From the NCBI GenBank assembly GCA_040954595.2, contig CM082590.2, positions 3,348,001 through 3,412,000 of the forward strand: a stretch of DNA of 64,000 bases. The letters run 5' to 3'. A program made the translations under genes and the position numbers. The notes under the pieces were generated by a model that saw only the letters and a list, made by a program, of their open reading frames with translations, searched no databases and was not told where the DNA came from. Source of the DNA: Balanoglossus misakiensis (taxonomy: Eukaryota > Animalia > Hemichordata). Positions 1 through 13,830 of the stretch are shown here, in pieces; the stretch's first letter is position 1; each line of letters starts with the position of its first letter.

Positions 1-2039
1 ATCTAACCTGTATACATGTGTGTGCTTAATCTTTCCCAATAATGCTGACACACAACAAGTTAATTGTTTTACAAAACTCTCCTTGAGAGTCAAATGAAGG
101 CACCTGATATAAGCCCAAAGACTTCATTCTTTTCCACACACCACTTTTCTCTTTTCAAAGAGCTCCATTTCAAATTGTGTACACAAACAATGTCATTGTC
201 ACTGCCCAAGCCCAAACTTTCAAATTACAATGTGACATTTCAAAACACTGTTAGACTTCCCAATGAAACATTAACTCTGGATCGGTATCCATTCAAATTA
301 GTGACAGCCCCGGGGTTAGATTGTTGTTAATTTTGTTATAATGGTGATATTTAATTGTTTGGCTTTAACAAAAATTATGACATGGACGTATAAACGTGTT
401 ATGTCCACACATATGCTGTGAGTTCAGCTTCAATCCAATTTCATAACAAATTATTCAACAACAAAAATAGAAAATGAACATCAAGAGCTAGTGACTTCGT
501 GGCTTTCACATGATAAATATACATTGCCCCATGCTAGAGTGTAATATTAACATGTCTCATACAACCTACAATTCTCTGTATATAACCAAACACATTCATT
601 ATAGCTGCATTAGTTGGGTCACATAATCTGGAACCAGATAGGCTGACCTGAGCAATCCATGTTTTTGCAAGTGTTGTATTGTCACTGTTATAGTGTGACT
701 TCTTTGGTGTAATGCTCCAATGAACATGTGAGTTTCAATTGGATAGATAAATGACCAATAACACAAAGTCTGTGATTGGGTAATACAAATGATTGGTATA
801 CAACTGGAAGTTCTGACACTGAAAAAGCTGTCTATTGCTCTCTTCCCTGAGGGAGCGATAGAGAGTAACTTTAGAGATACATTCTCCAATGATCAGGAGT
901 TAATAAGGTATTAGTCTAGTATATAGCTGTATTTTATCTGCTTTGCTTTAAAAAAACTATGCATGCCACTGGCCCAATAAAGCATGATACCCCTTGCAGG
1001 GAATCGTGATGTAATTAGCATCCCTTTGAAGTCAATCACGGACTTTGTTTTTCCAATGATTGGTCAAAGGATACATATGTGTGATTAAGGATTGGTACCA
1101 TTTTAAATTTAAATTAGCCTTGCCTTTACTATAACCTTACACACAATCGCCATTGTTCAGTTTATGTCAGTGACTTTAAGGGGGATGGTAGTTACATCAC
1201 AATTCCCAGCAAGAGCTATCAGGCTTTATTGGGCCAGTGGCATGCATCACTCTTGATGTTAGTTTTGGAAGTGGAAAAAATATGGCTATATAGTGTAAAA
1301 CATGAAATTTTCGCAACGGGAAATTTTCATAATATCAAATGTGGCAACTGTTATGCAACGATTAATTTTCGCATTCTCGAATTTCAATTCATCATTATTT
1401 CTGAAAAACATGTTTACGCGACTGTTTAGTTTCGTGTTTTTTTAGCACTTGCATTATTCGGGCGAATTTATCTCTCATGAAAATTTCCCATTTTACATAC
1501 ATCCTAAGTATCATTTTTTCACACCAGAAGACAATGCACAGTTGCTTTGTGTATGGCATACTTTGTATTACAATAGACACTGACAACTAGTTACATCCTC
1601 CCAGCATACAAATATGGTTATATTGAAATAAGGCATTATGATGGAAACAATGTAAAGCTAATGCAAGAATTAGTACAGACCGAGTATATTATGTTACTAC
1701 ACTGGAATAACAATTTCGTGTTATTTGATCTGTTTAAATTTTTTTTTTTAAATCAAGGAACACTGAAGAATGAGTGGAGGTGATAGCTTTGGAATGGATA
1801 TGTCTGTATACAGTAAATGAGAGTGATAAATATTCCAAATCCCCAATACTTGACTGTCTGGAAAAAACCTTGAGAATTTTCTGACATTTCTTTGGGCATC
1901 TGGGTTTCATTTAGTATATAGAAGTTACAACGGTAATGAAGGCATGAACAGTCTCCTGTTCATTATAGTCAGTTTCCTGTAAGAATTTATTGATTCGGAA
2001 TATCAAAAAGACTCATGTCAACAGCCAGCAGATTACTAC

Positions 2040-2235
2040 ATGATTGTTGCAGTGTTTGTTGCATGCTGGGTGCCAAGTCCATCTGAGGTACCTGTGGTCG
2101 CGGCCGTGGCTGTTGTCCTAGTTACAGCTGTTGTTGTTGTTGTTGTGATAACTGTTGCTGTTGTTGTTGTTGTTGCCATGTTTGTTGTTGTGGTGGTGGA
2201 ATGGTTGCTTTTGTTCCGCTGGCTTGTTGCTGCTG
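2040..2235 (-). pseudogene. MED25: Q-rich C-terminal exon of decayed MED25-like copy
   Basis: cag acceptor at 2236-2238 and gt donor at 2038-2039. Reads QQQASGTKATIPPPQQQTWQQQ... with an in-frame TAA at 2122-2124 (likely CAA>TAA). Assigned to MED25 by context only. Confidence 0.5.
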
Positions 2236-2419
2236 CTGCAGTTAAATACAAACAAAACAGTTTTCTTTTAAAGTCACTTCACAGCAAATGGCAATGTATC
2301 AGGAGACACTTCTTTTTAATTTTCTTTACATTTGTCAATCAGACTGAAATTTAGGGCGGCATATAGTTAGTTACTGTACAATGGGAAATTGATTTAGGCT
2401 GTGTCTAAAATTGATGGTT

Positions 2420-2632
2420 AGTTTCAAGACACCTGTTGACCTAATTAATTATGTACACTCCTAATTCTAGGCTAACCAATAGATCTAGAAGTTTAGATTT
2501 TGTAGGACATAGATCAGTTTAGGATCAAAACTTTTTGACAAAATTTTGGGTATCCACAGCAGATAATCCTTAGCATTCTGTAGGAACCCTGGGAATTGCT
2601 TGGGCCCAGTGAACACTGCTTGCAGCTTTAAT
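2420..2632 (+). mobile_element. 3' fragment of Helentron-associated (HINE/DINE-1-like) non-autonomous repeat
   Basis: Diverged match to the 238-bp repeat unit at 63370-63900 (cctaattc.aggctaaccaatag...tcaaaa...aaattttggg). Ends in a short hairpin, actgcttgcagctttaatt. Confidence 0.45.
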
Positions 2633-3800
2633 TCACCATGTTCTCAGATGCAGACATTTTGAAGAGAATATGATTTAAATTCTAAGCAGACTTTTGTTAA
2701 AGTGTAATGTTCATCTAACACACATTTGCCAAAGCAGAGACTCTAGTTACAAAATTGTTATCTATGCCACAAGTGCTGTCTTAACAACAGACAAGGTGGC
2801 GGCAACCATAGTCTGTGTCATAGATTAGGAAAAGACAGCAAATTGAGTGAAAAGAAGAGACAAAACTAAATTCTTCTTATCTGGCATGCAAGAAATATAG
2901 AAGGAAGCGAAGGCAGTCCACTATATGAATGCACGCACATAAAATTGTGCAGAATATTTGGATTGGACGTTATTTTGTACACACAAAATTAACGCATATG
3001 TGCATAAGAGTAAGATGATTGTCGTCATTTAAAACTGTCTGTCAGAGGTTATCATCAGTGCTTCCACACTGGTACCATGGAAAAACTAGAGGAATTGAAA
3101 ATAAGAATGAGACAAGATTTGTTGTATTTCTTTGTCGGTAATTTAGGTCTGCTTTCCTTCCAGCTTTTCCCCCCACACTAAAACTGAACAGGTTGGACCA
3201 GTCACACCTCCCTTAATCCTATTGGTCCCAATGTTTATTTCATCAATATATCTATGGCATGCTGACTTGGACAATAATTCTGACACAAAATTGATCATGA
3301 GTGTGAACTGATTGCATAAACATTTTTCGAAAGTACTTCCTGTAAAAAGGGAGGAGGCTCCACACACCAGACTATTTTTGTTTATGTACATGACTTACAC
3401 ATGCGGGGGTTGTCAACTTGATGAAATAGCCATTCTCTAGATTTCCTATTGTTATAAGAGTGTACATAAACATGAAAAGTAAAATCATGAATATTAATAG
3501 ATGTGGTGCGTATGGCCGATTTGAGGCAAATCAGCCATACCCACCACGTCTAAATCTGTGTGGGGAAAAGTTGTCATGTTGGGCAAATAGTTCATTGAAT
3601 TTATTCTGTGTGACTGTCAGGTCTTCAATACATTAAAATCATTTTGGGAATGGCACAGACCATGTTATTTGTACCATCAAGAAAGCTCCTTTTTGAGAAA
3701 ACTGATTTCATTTTTCCCCACATAACAATTCCCAGAAGTGCCACTGGTACCAGTCTTGGTTTTCAAAATATTCACTGTACACATTATTATGACAACTTAC

Positions 3801-4052
3801 TTGTAAGAGGTGTTTTAGTTGTTGATTTGTTGATTGTATATTGGATGGCTGTGCTTGCACTGCTTGTTGTTGTTGTTGTTGTTGTTGTTGGGCTCTCTCT
3901 TGTTGTAACCTTTGTAATTGCTGTTGTTGTTGATGTTGTTGTCTTAGAGCTATGAGTTGACTTTGTCTGGCATGTTGATCTTGCTGTTGTTTCAATTCAA
4001 GTTCTTTTTTCTGTGCCATCTCTAGATTCTTCTGCAGTGCTTGAATATTCCT
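3801..4052 (-). pseudogene. MED25: Q-rich exon with LxxLL (NR-box) motif, MED25-like C-terminus
   Basis: tttcag acceptor and gtaag donor, 252 nt, phase 0-0. RNIQALQKNLEMAQKKELELKQQQ...STNQQLKHLLQ resembles the MED25 NPQLRSLL box. Confidence 0.6.
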
Positions 4053-5163
4053 CTGAAAGATCAAACAAAGAAAAGTGTAAACATTCAAACATTGTCATCT
4101 GTGTCAATCTACCTACATGTAACATGACTACAGGAGCTTCAGCCAAGCCAAGCTTTTCACTTGGGAGATTATTGAAATCAATTTAAAACTCAGCAACTCC
4201 AACTTCGGGTTATTTTCTCAATACTTTTGTTTTGGCGGTCACCTTTCATTGAACAATGAATGGGCAAGTGCTCGCTCACTTCTTCACTGAATTTCACTGT
4301 TTGTTTATCTTATCATAAAAAAACTTGGGCATCGCAGTCCTTTGGACAAAAATATTCATGTGTGGTGATTTAAAATCAATGTTGCAAGAAGAAGAATTAA
4401 TCACAGGATTAACGGTTTCTGATTGAAAAATACTAAATGCTTAATATGCCATATGCCGTACACAGAGTGATCACATTAGTCAATAGGACAGCTGTTCCAA
4501 AGGACTAAAATGATGGCAACGTTTTAATATTATATTTATTTTACAAAACCTTGCATCTGAGCTTTACTTTAAAGTACTTCCATTTACTAGTAGTACAAGT
4601 GCACATCAGTTAACATTGACAGCTAGGCATGACATCATAGATGTAGGACTTCAAAATGGACATTCTGAACAGTGGGGGCGCTCTATCATGGTGGATTTTA
4701 ATGAACATGTGTATTTAATTTCATCACTCACATTTGTCCATGGAAACTGTATTTTAACATACGCTTATAGTTAAGGCATTTGCAGTATCTAGTCATATTA
4801 CAGTAATACACCAGACATGTTCTTAACTCAACTAAATGTGTGTAAGTTCAATTTCTGACCTCACTCAGATTACCCAAGTCCATGTGACAAACTCTACTGC
4901 AAGTATACAGACTTGAACTCCGGAAAAACTAGTCACCTACAATACTTGAAATGGAGCCACATCCAAAACTTGACTTTGAGATCTTTTATCAAATCAGTTT
5001 TCCTTTTAGAATTAGAACTCCCATGCAATTTTTGTGACAGAGGAAATAAATAGATTCTCAGAAAAAAACAGTTTCCTCTTTAAAGATCCAACCTTACCAT
5101 AGAAAATAAAAGGTTTAGACTGAACCATAGTGGTGAAAGGGTTAAGCCAGAGCATGTATCAAA

Positions 5164-5338
5164 ATACAGTAAAACCTGTCTCAACCGAACCCTGTCTAAT
5201 CTGGAAACCTGTCTATTTCAAAGACATTGTTCAAACCTTTTGACATAGAACCACATGTTGAAAGAACCTCTTTAAATTGTACACCTGCAATCTGAACAAT
5301 TTCTTCAGTCCCTTTGGTGTTAGACAGGTTTGACTGTA
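5164..5338. mobile_element. Tc1/mariner-type MITE (TA-CAGT...ACTG-TA); related copies about 5793-5980, 22492-22828, 25183-25713, 61023-61120
   Basis: Inverted ends tacagtaaaacctgtc / gacaggtttgactgta, recurring several times in the window. Confidence 0.6.
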
Positions 5339-6119
5339 CTTGAAAGTGCAATTGAACAAAAATGCTAAAAAATATAATTGCAGAGAGTCAGTATTTTAGG
5401 CTGGGCATCATCTACATAGTTCCCAGAATCAATACTGTCACAGTAGTCCATTTCTCTATGTACCAAATTTTTATAAAACATTGCTATGCAGTCATGTTAC
5501 CCTTCCAAGATGCAAACATGAGGCCAGTTGGTCACAAAGTAAAAACTTGATTGTCTTGTGTATCAACACTATAGTTGGGACTTATGTTCGACAGCCACAT
5601 TTTATTGTAAGGTCAGTTTTACACGCAACTTGTATCATGTATACAACAAACTAGATGAGCTCGAGCAGTACTCTACTGACCGCCTTTTTCACATTGTCTG
5701 CATTGAGATGACACTTTATTTTGGAAGGCTGCCCTCTTTATGAAAAATGTCATGATTGTGTTACACGTAAAAAGACAGAAATCAACACAACAGCAGTCAA
5801 ACCTGCTCATTATGGCTAGTGAAGGGACTTTTCTAAACTGGCCTTTATAGATAAGTGGCCATTATACCTTGTAGAAAGTCAATTAATGTACATGTAAATT
5901 GCACAGGGACTAGAATAAAGTGGCCACTATATAGAGGTGGCTGCCTAATAGAGGTGGCCACTCAAACAGGTTTGACTGTATGTTGATTTGTGTCATGAAT
6001 AGCCGACATTTACCAATGACTGATTGTACAATATATGATTTCAGTGTCACATATACATGTATAACACAATAAGTACAAACCCATACATCTTACTTTCTCT
6101 CCAAATTGTAGATACTCAC

Positions 6120-6229
6120 CAACGCATGTATGTTGAATCCTGGTCTGCAACCACACTGGTAACTGGTTGGTGTGTTGTAACATACTCGTTGGCATGGTGA
6201 CCAACCAGCTTGATCGCACTCATTGTCAT
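6120..6229 (-). pseudogene. Calcium-binding EGF exon 4 (lacks sixth Cys, phase 1-0)
   Basis: ctgcag acceptor and gtgag donor. Reads DDNECDQAGWSPCQRVCYNTPTSYQCGCRPGFNIHAL; this frame is not in the ORF track. Confidence 0.8.
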
Positions 6230-8084
6230 CTGCAGGGAAAACACAAATATCATAAAATGTATTAGAATGAATACATGTGAATTACAGTTGTCTTTGAGTG
6301 CACATTTGAAAATATACGACAAGAGAGCAAAATTGTGTGAAACTTAATAAATATCATCTGGCATACAACTTGGTCATATCATATGTTTATCTGTACCAGT
6401 ACTGAATACTGATAAACAAACAATGTAGTAACCAAATAACATTTAACAAGGTAGTGTTTGAAAGCCAAAAATATCATGCATAAGACAACAAACTCATTGT
6501 TTTGGCTCCGAAGTGTAAACAGAGGAGTCTGTCAAGTTGGGTATGAGCTACTACTTCCGTCTGTCAAACTACTTCCGTCCGTCAAGAATTCATACCATTT
6601 TCTAGTAGGGGTGTGTAGCTTTATGTTTTTGGCGGTGGTGTGTAGCTTTGAGGTGTTGAGGAAGAATTGGAACAGTGACAGAAATCGGAACGGATTAGCC
6701 AGCAGTGTTTTCACTACCCGCGAGAAAACAGTTGTGTTTGGCGAGACGATTTTCATACAAATTGGTCAAACTTGTGAAGAACTGCTATCTAACATCGTCA
6801 TTTGTTTTGCCATGATCAACTTGCCACGATCAGTGCACTACAATGCGTGAAATTGGACCGCTGTTCTGTTCATTGATCATCACCCCCCCCCCCTGTATCA
6901 TGAACATTGTAAGGCAATACATTGAATTCAGCTCTTCCAGCTAGTGGCCGCACTCGCTTGATTTCCTGTGTGTGTCTCTGGGGACACAAATAATGCATAT
7001 GCGTCTTTTTCTAATTTGCATATTTTGAATTGGTTAGGTGTGCCTTGACTTGAACGCGTCAAGCGTACAGGTTGTTATGGAAGTTTCTTTTTAGAACGAC
7101 TAGTGTTAGTCTGTGGGCCCAACCAGCAAAAATAAGTTCTAGAAATGTCATTATGTTGTATAAGAGTTTTGTTCTACATGAAATTAGCTGGAAATGACAG
7201 GTGGGAAACTATTGATGTGAAATCAGGTCACTTCTACCGAAAATGATGGACCAGAGAGCAATGACTTTTTAAAATTATTTCATATACTATGTTCACAACT
7301 GCTATGCTCCCATAAACTGGGGAAACTAAATGATTGAACTTTCTGTTTGAACAATTCATGTATTTTTTTGCTAACACCTACACTACTATAGTCAGCACAT
7401 GACATTACCTATATACTTGAAAATGGAGAACTTTTTATCAAAACACTTAAGCTGATCTTGAATGCTGTCTGATATTTTTTTTCAAAATATATTTCTTTCA
7501 CGTTTAGACTAGTGCTTCTACTTGCACTGTTTTTTTTTTCAAAACACATTTCTCATAGCTTGCACTGGTGCAATTTGATACGACAATACACAATGAATTC
7601 CATCAGTATAACATAAGATACAAAATCTGAGAGGGAAATGACAGAATATATTTGTGTGAGGCCATTTGTGTGTGCGGGCCATTTTAAGACTAAATTTAAA
7701 ACAGTTATTAGAGCCATTGACAAGTGGTTTTTCCCTCTGCCAAGCACCCACCTTATCAAGCTTCATTCAATATTACATGAGCAAAACAGTTCAGCATTTC
7801 ACCTTGGTGTTTGCAAATTGTTCCTTTCACCCATATACCAAACCACTGTTCTCCAAACATGCTGCTCATCAGCCACTACACACTGAGAGAGCACCAGGTG
7901 TCCTTGACGCTATTTTTTTAAATTTCTAACTATGGAAAGTGCCTGATAACTTTTAATTATTTTCTGTTTTAACATGGTGACTGACTGTAAAGTCTGTCAC
8001 TTACAACTTCTGTAAGCGCCCTTTTGAAGCAGGAAATGCTAATCCATTGTTGACCTATCCCCTCCCCACTCAAAAAAAACTTAC

Positions 8085-8204
8085 CTAAACAATTGACATG
8101 CTCTGCACTCAGAGAGAAACCATCATCACCACAACTACAGCTGAATCCACCCTCTGCATTGAGAAAACCTCCAGCACAAACAGAATCTGAACACTCATTC
8201 ACAT
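8085..8204 (-). pseudogene. Calcium-binding EGF exon 3 (phase 1-1, third Cys replaced by Phe)
   Basis: ttttcag...gtaag, 120 nt. Reads DVNECSDSVCAGGFLNAEGGFSCSCGDDGFSLSAEHVNCL. Confidence 0.85.
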
Positions 8205-8742
8205 CTGAAAATAGAGAGAAAAAAACATCCGTTGTAATTATTCAAGTCAATACCAATCCTCCCTTCCTTTAAAAATTTCCATAAAGTGAACAAATTCACA
8301 TGGCTTTGAAATTAGTATTAACAGTGATATTTATAATATTTCTAACAGGCCTGACTTTTCTAAACTTTGAGTTTCTTTGTGGATTTGTAGAAATGATCTA
8401 CAAACTGAGCTGTCAGGTCATAACTGTTTGTGCTTTGGCATGTACACATATCCCAGTATGCCCTACATGGTTGGCAGTGAAATTGATAAAATCTTCACCT
8501 AAGATTTCAAACTCGTAGATCTTAATAGATTCTCACACTCCTGGCATGCTGAGAGTGTGGGATCAGAGTGTGAGAACAAATCAATCCCACACACTCACTG
8601 AATCGAAAGCTGTATATGACGCGAGCGCCGATTGGATGACAAAGCGTTTTTTAATAATGTGCGCTAAATGTTATCCAATGACACGATAAAGAAACTACAT
8701 GCCAGATGACAATTCAAGAGTCATTTATTCAATGTTTTAAGA

Positions 8743-8960
8743 CGAATTTAGCTAATTTGTGCCCGTGTGAGAAATATAATCTCATACACAAAGGACCTAT
8801 GATCATATTTCCCACACTCGTCAGGGATATTTTGTCCCACACTCGCCTGCGGCTTGTGTGGGACATAAAATCCCCAACTCATGTCAGAATTATGACCCCT
8901 AGTCCTTGGGAGTGTGAGATTCTATTAATCTCACAACCTTAGGACCTGGGATAAGATTTC
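8743..8960. repeat. Imperfect palindromic element, similar in structure to 40910-41558
   Basis: Central stem tgtcccacac...gtgtgggaca with longer imperfect arms. Confidence 0.45.
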
Positions 8961-9879
8961 TCAGATGAGTTGGTGATATTTTGGCTTGTGTTAGTCAACA
9001 TATACCTGATAAGTGTAAAAAATTGCGTCAAGGACACAGTGGTCCCATTCAGTCTACACGGAGTACATATACACAGTCAGATCGCACGGTGCTCATTTGC
9101 ATATGAAAGTTCATCAAGCGAGCGACCGTTAACTTTCAAACAGACGGCAATAGGCCAGTTTTCAAGGTGATTTTCAACTTGATTTTTACGCTCTGTTGTG
9201 CAATAAAATACCATGTTAGCTGGATAAATTACGAAAGTGATTCCCATTTTTCACTGCATACGTAAATTTTATGAAAATCTGTGGTAATAGTAAAAGTTTT
9301 TAACGTGTTTTCGGTGGTATGTTGGTGACCCCGAAAGAGACGTCCACAAACGTGTCAAAAATCATTTGAAAACGACCTCAGAAAGTAACCAAACTTTCCT
9401 GATAGAGAGGTCTAATATCGGTCCCAACATCCGTGAAAAGAAATTAATTTGAAATGCTTGCGTAACAGGAAGTGTTGCATTGATCGTGAAACGATAAGTT
9501 TACCATGGGGAAACAGTCTTTGAAAGGCAATTCTTAAGTAAAACAGTTACTGGATAATGGATAACACCCTAAGGTAACATATTAGCCAAGTTTTAACTTA
9601 ATTACTGGCCTGATTTCGACACAACATCGATCAATCGCCTACAAATGTAGGTCCCATATGGACAGAATGCCAGGTTTACCATACATGACTACGTACGTGT
9701 GAGGAGCACAGCTGGTGTATTTTTTTTTTCTCCGTATCATGGCCTGGGATATAAGTAGATGTTTCGAATATGCAAAATGCCAACTGTAACTTCGAAACCA
9801 TTTCCCTTTATTCGCTGATGATATGTGCAATAAATATTTGTGTCTGAAGGCAAGCAATTTTGTTTTGACTTTTGTTGTC

Positions 9880-10650
9880 ATCATTGCATTGGGCTGAACA
9901 TGACAGAGTTTGAGCTGATCAGCTGACTTCAAGTTTCGATTTAGAACATATAATTTGATCATATCAGACAGATATGATGGTCCAAGTCTATGAATGAATT
10001 CAAAAATAAGAAATAACATCTTGAAAACAATACGATCAGACACAGGTAACCAATGCAACTGAAATTGCATTGATGTAAAAGGTGATTTTGGAACTAGCAG
10101 CAATATTTTGAACTTGAATACGACTGATCTCGTACTTAGGGAGCCCAAATAAAAGTGAATTACACAAATCTATTCGAAATGCAACAAAAGCAGGAACTTT
10201 ATTGCTCTGTGGCGGCTTGAGATAAATATTTACAGACAAGTGCAATATGCTGCAAATGAAAAGCAACTGAATGGCAGATCTGTGCAATCATTGTCAGACA
10301 ATGAACAGGTTTCAGAGCATCACATGAATTTCTGTAATCCCTCTGGCAGATAGATTACCCGAAGTAGCAGAAAAAATAACAAATTCAGTCTTATCGTTAT
10401 TTAAACACAAGACATTTTCAGACATCCAGTACCGCATAAAGCATTCTGGGAGCATTCTCGTTGGTAAAAGACAATGAAGAGCCATCTGCATAAAAGCTAT
10501 ATACAGGCATCCATGACTAGAAACTAATTTCCCTAATGGAGAAGTGTACATATTAAAAAGTAGAGGACAAAGAAGTGATCGTTGTGTTACCGCAGTGTCA
10601 AGCGGATAAAATGGTGATTGTTTGGAACACGGTTATAGTAACCATGTCTG
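9880..10650 (-). mobile_element. Decayed L2/CR1-type LINE fragment (RT C-terminal region)
   Basis: Fragments LLFNMYTSPL, WMSENVLCLNNDKTEFVIF, RIDLCNSLLFGLP and LHWLPVSDRIVFK, with frameshifts. Confidence 0.85.
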
Positions 10651-12976
10651 AAATTAACACATACACACTGGGTGCGATTGAAAAGGTATGACTGAAACCA
10701 CAACAGGGCTGCAACCCCCAAAAGACCAAATCAATTTCTTTGATGATTCATTAAATGTCATCACAGTCACCATCATTGGAATCACAATCACCATTCTTTG
10801 AATTATCAGTTTGTTTTTCTTCCGTCCAGTTATATTCATCAGTCAGTTCGTCAAAGTCAGAATCAGTCTCGTAAATATTTCCCTCTTCTTCTCTTAAAAT
10901 GTCAAATTCATGTGACTCCTGTAAAATTGCATCAATGCTATTTTCCATATTATGATGTTCAGTATCAGTGATTGGTGATGGTGATTCTAATAGTGGTGAC
11001 TTATCTGTATATTTTGGGCATACCCCATACTTTTTTGATGTGGTACAGAATCCAGGATTCCCATTATGTGGATTACTGCAGTCATTACATCGACACGCAG
11101 GGCCACAACCATTGTGGGTCTTATAACATTTACAACATCTGCTATTACAAGTTGGCATCTTTTAGCAGCCACACCCTTTTGTTAGCAACTCCAAATTATT
11201 TTTCACTTTTTCCAAATTGGCATCACTGTCCTAAATAATATCAAGTTCGCCGTTGCTTAGTCTGTATCCATAATTATTGAATAAGGGAAACGTAACATGG
11301 CACTGATCGGCCTGGGACCATAACTGAGAGCCCCAGCATGATCTTTTCCAGTGCAGTTGTAGGGCTTCAAAGGAAGGGATACATTCTTCCTCATACTGGA
11401 TACGTGGGCAAATTGTTTCTCGTATATATGTAAGCCATTTGATGTGGTTATCTTTAAGACTGTTAGTGACACTGGCTACTTGTCGATAAAGTTCAAAAGG
11501 ATGAGATGCATCAAATGCTTGGAAATGTTTCTTAACATAAACACTACCTTTTAAACGTATGAAAGCGAAAATTCCATTCCCTACACTGTCTACTGTTGTG
11601 TCTATCAGTGTTCCAGGTATAAGGGTGCCACTAGTTATAAATTCAGAGTATTGAAAAAATGTCTTGTAGAAAGATTTCCTTCCGATGCCTGCAAAGTATA
11701 GTCACAACCTGTGCATATGAACAGTGTTTGAAATATTTTGCCTAAATATTGGAGGGGAATATGTTGCAAATCAGGGTCTAAATTTAAATCTGATTTGAAT
11801 TGATTCATGTCTAAATAAGTGAGATTTGATAAATCATTATCAAGTTGTACAAATATCTCCTTTTGAACATGTTGATATAGTACTGGGAGGAGAACATGAT
11901 AAGTATCGGTATCAGGGGAGTAAATAACACCTTTCTTGTAAGAGGACTGAACTGCATGAAGGATGCATCTACTGTCAGCTTCTTCATGACAACTTTTGGC
12001 TTCCCACTCAGACACAATTCCATTACTACCAACGAAAAGACTCTTGTCCCTATTTTCTCCATCAAAGCCACCTGCTGTAATGAGGACCTGATCACCTTGC
12101 AGAGCCGGCACAATTATTTTTAAAGATGTGGCTGACAAGAAGTTCACTAGTTTTCTCTTGTTTGGCTTACAATTGATGTATGTTTTGAGCTAATATTATT
12201 GATTACCTATTTTTTATGCATTTTTTTGTATTTTTCCATGTTATTAGTAAAAAGTCTTCATTTCTGAAAGTGATGGGCTTACTTCTTTGAAATTTAGCAT
12301 GAAGCTTCCTAATGGTTGTCTGAGTAACCATAGTTTTGTTCAAATTGTTGCAAAATTTGCATATTTATAATTTTGAGCAATATTTGCCATTTTTGGTCAA
12401 TTTATTTTTCTTTAAAACCGCATGCCAGATTGCTTTGCAATTTGGTAGGCATGTTCGTAGGTGTAAGTCAAGTAATATGTTGTAAAAAATGTGATATTTT
12501 CATAAATGTGTTATCGGGGAAACTTTTGCAATTTTTGTCAAAAATTGTTTTCCTGAAACTGTTTGTCATATTGCATAGAACTTTGGCAGCATGTTCCTTG
12601 TAGTGATTGAGGTAAGGTATTGTACAATTTTGTGTTTTTGCCACTTTTGAACAAATATCTTTTGTGAAACTGCTTGTTGATTGCTTTGAAATTAGTTTTT
12701 TCTCTGATTGCTTTGAAATTTGGGATATAATTTCATAACACATACATGTATATGTGCAACTTTTATTCAATTCTGATATCAGAAATATTCAATATTTAGC
12801 GAGTTTTTATGAAAGTTTCTTTGTTTGGTTAGCAAATCTTCTCCTTAACCAATTATCCAGTTGTTTTGAAAGTTACTGTTTACAAGGAGTCGTTACCCCC
12901 AACTTAGACATGTTTACATAACTTCAATAAGCCAGCTGTCAGAGAGACCATGGGCTATTAAATTTTTAATTACCAG

Positions 12977-13028
12977 TGGCAGGTCAGTGTGTGTGTGTGT
13001 GTGTGTGTGTGTCTGTCTGTCTGTCTGT
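12977..13028. repeat. (TG)n(TCTG)n microsatellite at the edge of a non-coding insert (about 12190-13030) in the large element
   Basis: Directly visible. Confidence 0.9.
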
Positions 13029-13830
13029 TCCAGGGCTGACTGAAAGAAGTTGCTTCTCATATGTGTTTGTACAGACAATTTTTGGTCAATTTTTGGGCAT
13101 GTTCCTTGTTAATGTTTTTACATTCCATATTTCTATATCGTAAGATCATATCTGCTTGCAATGTCACCTGTAATTTTTATTCTGGTGTGTCACTGTTTCT
13201 ACATAATCCTCAAATGGGACCACAGTGTCCTTGACGCTATTTTTCGCTGTGTCATCTGAAAATATATTAGTTAGCTCCCTGGCGGTATTAAGTGGTGAAA
13301 ATACATCAGCACCTTCAAGACAATTGATATACAACCTGCAGTTTGACTCATTTATTTTATGTACGCTAACTGAATTATGGGTTTCATTTTGGAAAGGAAA
13401 TAACTGATCTTTTAGATTCTTGGCAGCCATAGCTCTATAGGGTAAATAAATTGCTATTCTCTCCATTAACCCACCTGTAGAAGTATGCAATGCAGCTTTA
13501 ACATCTTTATTGACACACATTTCATGGGCTTCATCTAGTGCTACATTAACCCAAGTTGAGCCTGACAAATTGCAAACAAAACCACCTGCTTTGAAATGTA
13601 ACAACAGAGAGTTTGGCATCTTCAGAAGGTCAGCGAGATGTCTGGGAATTAACCTCAAGTACAGGGATCGGTCATATGCATGGAACAGTGGGTTCATTTG
13701 TTTCAAAGCCAATATTCGAAGGTTCCAATTTCCTGACCTTATTGCAATGTACAAAGACATGTATGCAAACAAATCTTCCTCTATAAATCTAACCCAAAAT
13801 TTGAAAGTTTTGTCTGTATTTGCCCTTCTG

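Noticed and set aside
640-1980. Possible further minus-strand exons (about 646-817 and 1770-1976)
   Set aside because: Splice-like signals are present, but there is no recognisable protein and most frames contain stops.
2036-3955. Hydrophobic poly-Val and poly-Thr ORFs (2040-2354, 2036-2251, 3644-3955)
   Set aside because: Antisense or shifted readings of CAA/CAG poly-Gln exons.
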